64,000 nt of DNA from assembly GCA_041664245.1 (NCBI GenBank), contig JBAYLC010000005.1, forward strand, positions 8,695 through 72,694, written 5' to 3'. This DNA comes from Minisyncoccota bacterium (GTDB lineage Bacteria; Patescibacteriota; Minisyncoccia; UBA6257; 2-01-FULL-56-20). Positions 57,701 to 64,000 of this stretch are shown here, piece after piece. Positions within the stretch are counted from its first letter, which is position 1; every line of letters starts with the position of its first letter. The notes beneath the pieces were generated by a model. It saw only the letters and a program-made list of their open reading frames with translations. It was not told the origin of the DNA and did no database searches. The translations under genes were made by a program, and so were the position numbers.

Positions 57701-58951
57701 ATGAGAAGAAATTTTAAGACATTTATAAATGAGTATTTTGTTTTCCCAAAAAACTTTGTTTTTACATTTTCTTTGTTAATATTTTTTTGGGCAATATTTG
57801 ATAGCATAATGTCGTACCTTACGCCGTTGCTGATAGAGGAGAACGGTTTTTCTAACAGTATGGTAGGGCTTATCATCGGCTCTTCTTCAATCACGGGTGC
57901 GCTTTTTGACTTTGCCATTTGTAGAATTTTTAAAAACACCGATTTTAGGCGGGTATTCCTGACCATGTTTGCGATCTGCTTAATCTATCCCTTGTTGCTC
58001 TGGCAATCAAAAACACTCTGGCTTTTTTTGTTAGCCATGGCGATCTGGGGCATATACTATGATCTGCATGGTTTTGGCATTTTTGATTTTATTGGGAGGC
58101 ATACAGAGAAAAAGGATCATTCGTCAAATTTTGGTATTATCCAAATATTTCAATCACTGGGAGTAATATTAGCACCGTTGATTGTTGGGTTTGTGATCGT
58201 TGACGCTATCGATTGGCGGGCCTTCTCGTTGGGTTGGATTTTTTTGATAGTAAGTTTTACTTTTTTTCTTACCCTTTTGATTTTTATGCGAAAACATCGG
58301 CCGACCGATGGTAATTTAGCTTATCCGCCCAGAAGAAAGAATTTTTTTACTGAACTTCATTTATGGAAAAAATTAGGGAAATTATTAACACCAGTTTTAC
58401 TTTTAACATTTTACTTGTTTTTTATAGATGCCTTTTTTTGGACATTAGCGCCGCTGTATGCTGAGGCCAGCAGTCTTGGAGAATTTGGCGGTTTATTTTT
58501 AACGGCCTACGCTTTGCCGGCTTTAATTGTTGGGTGGTTCGTGGGTAGCCTAACAAAGCGTTTCGGAAAAAAAAGAACGGCCTTCGTCGGATTACTGCTA
58601 GGTTCTTTAATTCTGTCGTCTTTTTCCTATCTGCCAAATCCTATTCTTTCAATCGTCATAGTTTTTGTAGCGTCATTATTTATAAGCATGTCTATGCCGG
58701 CAATAAACGCAGCTTACGCCGACTATATCTCTGAGGCGACACAGGTTGAGGGAGAAATTGAGGGTCTTGAAGATTTCGCCTTTAATATTGGGTATGTTTT
58801 GGGCCCGATTTCTGCCGGCGTGTTGGCTGACACTTTAGGAATGAAGGGCGCATTTAGTATTCTGGGATTATTGGGGGTGATATTAGCAGTTATTCTTTTA
58901 GTGGTAACTCCAAAAACCATAACAATAAAAACAAGGCCATCGGAATTGTAA
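57701..58951 (+). CDS. MFS transporter
   Basis: 12 predicted TM helices and two-fold repeat organisation. Confidence 0.8.
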   Translation: MRRNFKTFINEYFVFPKNFVFTFSLLIFFWAIFDSIMSYLTPLLIEENGFSNSMVGLIIGSSSITGALFDFAICRIFKNTDFRRVFLTMFAICLIYPLLLWQSKTLWLFLLAMAIWGIYYDLHGFGIFDFIGRHTEKKDHSSNFGIIQIFQSLGVILAPLIVGFVIVDAIDWRAFSLGWIFLIVSFTFFLTLLIFMRKHRPTDGNLAYPPRRKNFFTELHLWKKLGKLLTPVLLLTFYLFFIDAFFWTLAPLYAEASSLGEFGGLFLTAYALPALIVGWFVGSLTKRFGKKRTAFVGLLLGSLILSSFSYLPNPILSIVIVFVASLFISMSMPAINAAYADYISEATQVEGEIEGLEDFAFNIGYVLGPISAGVLADTLGMKGAFSILGLLGVILAVILLVVTPKTITIKTRPSEL

Positions 58952-59010
58952 TTGGATTTTTGAAGTGGTACGCCGCTAGAATAAATACAGTCTCCAACTA
59001 ATAAAGTAAA

Positions 59011-59571
59011 ATGCCCCGTTGCTCCTGGCCCCAAAACGATCCGTTGATGATTGAGTACCACGATCGCGAGTGGGGTGTACCTTTGCGTCACGACCAAAAA
59101 CTATTTGAGTTTATGGTTCTTGATGCTTTCCAGGCCGGCCTAAGCTGGCGGACCGTTTTGCATAAACGGGAAAATTTCCGCCGCGCTTTTAATAATTTTG
59201 ATGTCGCAAAAATCGCCCGCTATAACGACGCTAAGTTTAAAAAACTCCTCGCTGATGCGGGCATCATCCGCAATCGAGCGAAAATAAAAGCCACTATTCA
59301 AAACGCTATTGTCTTTCAAGGAATTCAAAAAGAGTTTGGCTCGTTTAATAAATACATCTGGGGCTTTGTCGGCAATAAGCCAATTATCAATAAATGGAGA
59401 GCAGAAAAACAAATTCCTACCCACTCAAAAGAATCCGACGCCATGAGCATCGACCTCAAAAACAGTGGATTCAAATTCGTCGGCTCAACTATTTGTTATG
59501 CTTTTATGCAAGCCGCCGGTCTTGTGAACGACCACCTCGTTAGCTGTTTCCGCTATAAAGAATTAAAATAA
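59011..59571 (+). CDS. tag: DNA-3-methyladenine glycosylase I
   Basis: CSWPQNDPLMIEYHDREWGVP...FQAGLSWRTVLHKRENFRRAF. Confidence 0.9.
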   Translation: MPRCSWPQNDPLMIEYHDREWGVPLRHDQKLFEFMVLDAFQAGLSWRTVLHKRENFRRAFNNFDVAKIARYNDAKFKKLLADAGIIRNRAKIKATIQNAIVFQGIQKEFGSFNKYIWGFVGNKPIINKWRAEKQIPTHSKESDAMSIDLKNSGFKFVGSTICYAFMQAAGLVNDHLVSCFRYKELK

Positions 59572-59581
59572 GAAAAATTTT

Positions 59582-60718
59582 ATGTCTCGCATTATCGCCC
59601 ACTTAGATATGGACGCTTTTTTCGCCGCGATTGAAGAGCGCGACCGCCCGCGTCTTAAAGGCTTGCCTATTGTCATTGGCGCCGACCCCAAAGGCGGCCA
59701 TGGGCGAGGCGTAGTTTCAACGGCTAACTACAAAGCTCGCGAATATGGCATTCGTTCTGCTATTCCCATTAACCGCGCCTGGGAGTTTTCTGAAATTGCG
59801 CGCCAAGCCGGAAAGCCGCCCGCTGTTTTTTTAGGCGGCGATTATCACCACTATATCGAAGTTTCGGAGGAGATTTTTGCTGTTATAAAAAAATTCCTAG
59901 AGGAGGCTTGCCCGCCTAAATTTTCCGGAGAAAATTTTGAGCGGGGTGGTCTTGATGAAATTTATCTAGATATCAGCTTTACCGAAAATTTTAATGACGC
60001 CGGCAAGTTAATGAAAAAAATAAAATCCGAGATAAAAGAAAAAATTAAACTTTCTTCTTCTGTTGGAATTGGCCCCAACAAGCTAATCGCCAAAATCGCT
60101 TCAGATTATAAAAAGCCGGATGGGCTTACTATTATTACCCCCAAGGATGTCCAAAAATTTCTCGACCCGCTTCCAATTCGCAAGATTCCAGGGCTAGGCC
60201 CTAAAACAGAAATTCAATTAGAAAAAATTGGAATCAAAACCATCGCCGACCTTCGTAAAATTTCCGAAGAAAAAATGAGTAAGGATTTCGGCAAATGGGG
60301 GAGCGCGCTTTTTAGCCACGCTCGGGGCGAAGACGACAGTCCCGTCTCCAACGAGCGGGAAGTGAAATCAATCGGCGAGCAAGAAACTTTTGAAAAAGAC
60401 ACTCGCGATTCCGGTTTTATCACCGAACGGCTAGAATCCCTTTCGGCCTATGTTTTTAAAAGATTCAAAGAAAGCGGTTTTAAAACTTTTCGTTCTGTTA
60501 CTATAACGGTTCGTTTTTCTAATTTCGAAACAAAAAATCGCAGCCACACTTTCTCCCTACCCTTCGAAGATTCAGCGAAGAATGGTGAGACCAATCAAGG
60601 TCAGGCAATGTTGAAATTTGAAGCCTTGAAACTTCTTTTGCCATTTCTCGACACGCGGGAAAATCCTAAACGGCATCTAATTCGCCTGATCGGCATCCGT
60701 ATCGAAAAATTTTCGTAA
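59582..60718 (+). CDS. dinB: DNA polymerase IV (Y-family)
   Basis: IAHLDMDAFFAAIEERDRP...SIDE.YLD. Confidence 0.9.
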   Translation: MSRIIAHLDMDAFFAAIEERDRPRLKGLPIVIGADPKGGHGRGVVSTANYKAREYGIRSAIPINRAWEFSEIARQAGKPPAVFLGGDYHHYIEVSEEIFAVIKKFLEEACPPKFSGENFERGGLDEIYLDISFTENFNDAGKLMKKIKSEIKEKIKLSSSVGIGPNKLIAKIASDYKKPDGLTIITPKDVQKFLDPLPIRKIPGLGPKTEIQLEKIGIKTIADLRKISEEKMSKDFGKWGSALFSHARGEDDSPVSNEREVKSIGEQETFEKDTRDSGFITERLESLSAYVFKRFKESGFKTFRSVTITVRFSNFETKNRSHTFSLPFEDSAKNGETNQGQAMLKFEALKLLLPFLDTRENPKRHLIRLIGIRIEKFS

Positions 60719-60748
60719 GGCACATGTTAATATGCTAAAATAATTAAC

Positions 60749-62329
60749 ATGGAAACAACAAATAGCTTTAATGATCCTATTGGTGCTGCGGTCGAACCAG
60801 CTAATCCCGTCCCACCTAGTCACTCGCATCTTTCAAAAAAATTAATTATTGCCTTTATAGCCGCCGGCGTCGTTATCGTTGGCGGCGCTGCTTTCGGTTT
60901 TACTTATTTTCAAAACGAAGACCCAAGCCAGGTTGTAAATAAAGCCGTTGCCAACTTGAGTAAAATTAAAAGCGAAGAATTTTCCATTGAGATTAAAAGT
61001 GAAATAAGCGATGGTTCATCAAAAACCGATAGTTTACCTCTGTCACTTTTGAGCAATAACAAAATTGTGGTTATTTTTTCCGCCCTTGGAGGTTTTGATA
61101 TTAACGACCAAGCCAATCCTAAGGTTTTTGCCAATCTAAAATTTGATGCGAAACAAGGAATAAAATATTCAGCCAACGTTGATTTAGACGGAAAATTTAT
61201 TGATAAAATCTTGTACTTAAAACCGAATAATCTTAACCTAGCGGATTTCTTTGGAGGCAGCGCTGCCACAAATCCCCTGGATCAATTTAAAGATAATTGG
61301 ATCAAAATTGACTTTAACAGCGCGAAGGAAAATATTTCTACCGAAGAAGAAAATTATCTTAAAAGCTATTTTGAAAAGTATCTTTCATCGAGCAAATTTA
61401 ACCAATTTGCTGATTCTCTCCAAAATTACCATCTTCTCATAGTCACTAAAAATTTCCCCAAAGAAAAAATGGAGGGAAATAATGTTAATCATTTTGCTTA
61501 TTCAATCAATAAAGATGAAGCAAAAAAGTGGTATCTGGATATGATGAATATCATGTCTGGTCAAACCGTTGGCGCAAGCCAATCCCAATATCTTACGAAA
61601 GCAGTGGACAAAACTTTTGATTCAATTGGAAATATTGATGGAGAAATTTGGATTGGTGATAAAGATTATTTTATCTATAAAATTTCCAGTGGCTATCAAA
61701 GCAATAGCACAAGTTCTTATACTCCATCCTATAATTTTTCTTCAACTATCTCTTATAAAAATCACAATAAGCCGATTAATGCTGATGTTCCAGCCCAATT
61801 TACCGATATTAAAGAAGTTATCACCGCCTTAATGGGGGATCAACTGGTTCAATCAAAAGACACAACTGTTTTCTCTGATCTTTCCACCCTTAACTCCGCT
61901 ATAGCTCTCTATCTCTCGGACGTTGCTAATCCGTATCTTTGCAAAGATAAAAATACTATTTACGCTACCTCTAAAATAACCGTTCCGCCGGGCTGGAAAT
62001 TGGGCTCCAATGCCGGCCGAGATAATGTTGACGGCACCGGTTGGATACCAGTCAATTTCACTTCAATTAGTACTGGTGCTCCAATTGCTCATCTTCCACT
62101 TCCACCAACAGATAAAAATTCAACCAGCACCGACAAAGAGGTCTACATCTTTGTCTGCGACCCGCAAATCCACACTTACGAGTTGAACGCCAAAATAAAA
62201 AGCGAGAAATTTGCTAGTAGTTCCGAAAAGGATGGTGGTGACGATCCTTACTCCTACGAAGTTGGCATTGCTCCCGGTTTAAAATTAATTCCCGGAAGCA
62301 TTTTGGATAAAATTAAAATTATTCCGTAA
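60749..62329 (+). CDS. hypothetical membrane-anchored extracytoplasmic protein, Ser/Thr/Asn-rich
   Basis: N-terminal anchor LIIAFIAAGVVIVGGAAFGF. Large extracellular region with S/T/N-rich stretches. Two Cys near the C-terminus. Confidence 0.4.
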   Translation: METTNSFNDPIGAAVEPANPVPPSHSHLSKKLIIAFIAAGVVIVGGAAFGFTYFQNEDPSQVVNKAVANLSKIKSEEFSIEIKSEISDGSSKTDSLPLSLLSNNKIVVIFSALGGFDINDQANPKVFANLKFDAKQGIKYSANVDLDGKFIDKILYLKPNNLNLADFFGGSAATNPLDQFKDNWIKIDFNSAKENISTEEENYLKSYFEKYLSSSKFNQFADSLQNYHLLIVTKNFPKEKMEGNNVNHFAYSINKDEAKKWYLDMMNIMSGQTVGASQSQYLTKAVDKTFDSIGNIDGEIWIGDKDYFIYKISSGYQSNSTSSYTPSYNFSSTISYKNHNKPINADVPAQFTDIKEVITALMGDQLVQSKDTTVFSDLSTLNSAIALYLSDVANPYLCKDKNTIYATSKITVPPGWKLGSNAGRDNVDGTGWIPVNFTSISTGAPIAHLPLPPTDKNSTSTDKEVYIFVCDPQIHTYELNAKIKSEKFASSSEKDGGDDPYSYEVGIAPGLKLIPGSILDKIKIIP

Positions 62330-62549
62330 CGTTGGGGATATCTTCCCTTGAAAGTTAAAATATAACGAACATAATGGAAACGTGGGAAGGGCGGAATAGG
62401 TAGTATATTTGCCAGAACGCATTGTGTTTTTTATAACGTAATTTTTTTGCGGTCTTTATCGGCCTCTCTTGACATCCAATTTTTAAAGGAAGAAAATACA
62501 ACTAAAGAAAAGGTCGGATTCAACATACTTTATTCTAGTATTTTTTATT

Positions 62550-62735
62550 ATGACCAAGAAAATCATTGTTTTCGCGATTGTTATTGTTGCTTTTGGGGTG
62601 ATGTTATTTGCGGGCTCTAATAAGGCGTTGGCATATAAGCACTCCCATCAATGTCGTATCGTAGGCAACATATTTGATCCGGGACCAGGGGAAGGTCAAG
62701 GACATGTTGTGTGTACAGATGTATACGCGTACTAA
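62550..62735 (+). CDS. 61-aa secreted/anchored small peptide with two Cys
   Basis: Hydrophobic N-terminus (IIVFAIVIVAFGVMLFAGS). Predicted mature part KHSHQCRIVGNIFDPGPGEGQGHVVCTDVYAY. Has its own terminator. Confidence 0.45.
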   Translation: MTKKIIVFAIVIVAFGVMLFAGSNKALAYKHSHQCRIVGNIFDPGPGEGQGHVVCTDVYAY

Positions 62736-62777
62736 GTTCCGGGTATTAAAGTAATAACACAGTTCTATAAAATAAAA

Positions 62778-62806
62778 AGCGCCCCCATGGGAGCGCTTTT
62801 TATTTT
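62778..62806. terminator. intrinsic terminator after the small-peptide gene
   Basis: AGCGCCCCC-ATG-GGAGCGCT followed by TTTTTATTTT, preceded by an A-tract. Confidence 0.7.
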
Positions 62807-62911
62807 ATAGAAGAGAACTCTTCTCTTCCTATTTGACTTTTTTTAATATAAATATATAATGTAGCCAGTTATTAACACTTGAAAATTTAACAAGAAAGGA
62901 AGGATAGAACA

Positions 62912-64000
62912 ATGGGAATCAGGCATCTTTTGGTGTTTCTGGCCGTAGCTCTGGTGGTAGTTATTCTTGTCTCTTCCTGTGCTTTTGTGAGTGTGGGAAG
63001 TCTTGAGTACGCCAAAAATCGGGCAGACGAAGCCACTTTTCTCAACAGTGTTTTCAAAAATTATGCTGTTGATGTTCCGGCTGATTCAATCGCGCAAGAT
63101 TCATTGCGAATGATGTTGCGAATAATTGAAATCATGGAAGGCAAAGACGACACCGTCTACTTCAGTAAATTACGGCGGATGAATCCGTTTACTGAGCCTC
63201 AAGTCGTTGACAGTCTCCTTCGGGTTTGGATATGTCGTCTTGATTTATTGTCAGGGCCGCAGACTCCGCAAAACGAAAAATGGGAAGAGCTCAAACGAAG
63301 AATTGTATTTTGTAATGAGCGCTACTATCCCCGTGAGAGTCATTTTGAATTTTGGGACGACATTCGGTCTCTGCTTGCAATTAAACTTGGCCCGCAGTTC
63401 AGTTCCTATGTTGTCACTAACATCTGTTGGGATCCCTATCAGGGGTATCTCACTCCCGAAAACACAAGGGGAAGATCGAAAAAAACTCCGACTTGTTTTA
63501 TCGACAATATGGAGTTTGATACTCCGGAAGGAGCGCAAAGGTTCGGCTGCGAGGGAGATATGTCGGATATGAGGGCTCACAACATAGTTCCGTATTCCGG
63601 TGATGTTTCCTCTATTGGTTCCGCAACTGATGTAGCGGCAATTGCCCAAAAGCAGATGATGAATCAAAAAGAGAAGATTATTGAATCCCCCGGTATTCTC
63701 GTGAATTTATTTCCTGATGTAGAAGAAGAGCTTGATATTCCAGCTTCTGTGACGATATTGCCGCAAGATACTGGATATCTTTGTCTTCTAGCCGGTGGTG
63801 TCGGGCAGGAAAAAGTAGAAGCGGATTCAAACAACCTCGCAAGTATTTCGTTCAAACGTCGGGCTCTGCGCGATCTTTCGATTCCTGAAGATCTACATCT
63901 TGATTTTGATAGTTCAACCGTGTTGTACAAAGCGAAACACATAAAGGGCTACTGTTATCCTTTTTCCTTCGTATATCCTTTGCCCGATTCAGGTAAGTAT
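62912..64000 (+). CDS. hypothetical lipoprotein, N-terminal 363 aa (partial, continues beyond the right edge)
   Basis: Hand-translated with no stop from ATG 62912 to the window end. SD AGGAAGGA. Signal peptide with lipobox LVSSC. Not in the supplied track. Supersedes 63207-63572(+), 63251-63667(-) and 63664-63942(-). Confidence 0.6.
   Translation, partial: MGIRHLLVFLAVALVVVILVSSCAFVSVGSLEYAKNRADEATFLNSVFKNYAVDVPADSIAQDSLRMMLRIIEIMEGKDDTVYFSKLRRMNPFTEPQVVDSLLRVWICRLDLLSGPQTPQNEKWEELKRRIVFCNERYYPRESHFEFWDDIRSLLAIKLGPQFSSYVVTNICWDPYQGYLTPENTRGRSKKTPTCFIDNMEFDTPEGAQRFGCEGDMSDMRAHNIVPYSGDVSSIGSATDVAAIAQKQMMNQKEKIIESPGILVNLFPDVEEELDIPASVTILPQDTGYLCLLAGGVGQEKVEADSNNLASISFKRRALRDLSIPEDLHLDFDSSTVLYKAKHIKGYCYPFSFVYPLPDSGKY

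Noticed and set aside
63207-63942. Three track ORFs (63207-63572 +, 63251-63667 -, 63664-63942 -)
   Set aside because: All lie inside the uninterrupted, longer ORF starting at 62912 (+) that has an SD and a lipoprotein signal. They were treated as shadow ORFs.
1-64000. CRISPR arrays, transposases, integrases, prophage genes
   Set aside because: No direct-repeat/spacer periodicity and no recombinase-like ORFs were found. The only repeat structures are the IR arms at 54531-54980 and the GC cruciform at 46516-46560.

Overview
This is a low-GC (~40%) bacterial window. The mix of RNase Y, a GroEL GGM tail, a 23S-IVS-type four-helix-bundle protein and many short genes suggests an uncultivated, possibly monoderm or CPR-like lineage; that is inference only.

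Positions ~200-42330 are one contiguous surface-glycan biosynthesis island. It contains:
- a GDP-fucose module (gmd, a Nudix hydrolase, fcl) followed by a GT10 alpha-1,3-fucosyltransferase;
- two partly redundant nucleotide-heptose modules (GmhA-like SIS isomerases, HddA-like GHMP kinases, GmhB, HddC-like nucleotidyltransferases, and a transaldolase);
- a ColD/E1-type PLP sugar 3-dehydratase next to a split thiamine-diphosphate enzyme, plus a TylCIII-like C-methyltransferase, a B12-binding radical SAM enzyme, an FkbM methyltransferase and another SAM methyltransferase;
- several SDR and epimerase genes, a UDP-glucose-dehydrogenase homologue that appears to lack the catalytic Cys, and seven glycosyltransferases (GT2, GT4, CgeB-like);
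- a Wzx flippase, a WbaP-type initiating phosphotransferase and a Wzy_C (O-antigen-ligase/PglL-like) membrane protein.

The remaining ~22 kb is housekeeping and envelope:
- DsbA, a small Zn-ribbon protein, an SPW-repeat protein and TrxB;
- groES-groEL behind a perfect sigma70 promoter and a perfect CIRCE operator;
- an RlpA-like protein, secreted unknowns, a long-form ThyX, and an HD hydrolase;
- LemA, a four-helix-bundle (23S-IVS-type) cassette flanked by inverted heptamer repeats, and HtpX;
- an AAK-family kinase, tRNA-Ser(GGA), an MFS transporter, Tag and DinB;
- a partial lipoprotein ORF at the right edge that is absent from the supplied ORF track.

Two promoter-to-terminator-delimited candidate small RNAs lie on the minus strand, at ~43.69-43.96 kb and ~49.51-49.75 kb.

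I found no CRISPR array, transposase or integrase.
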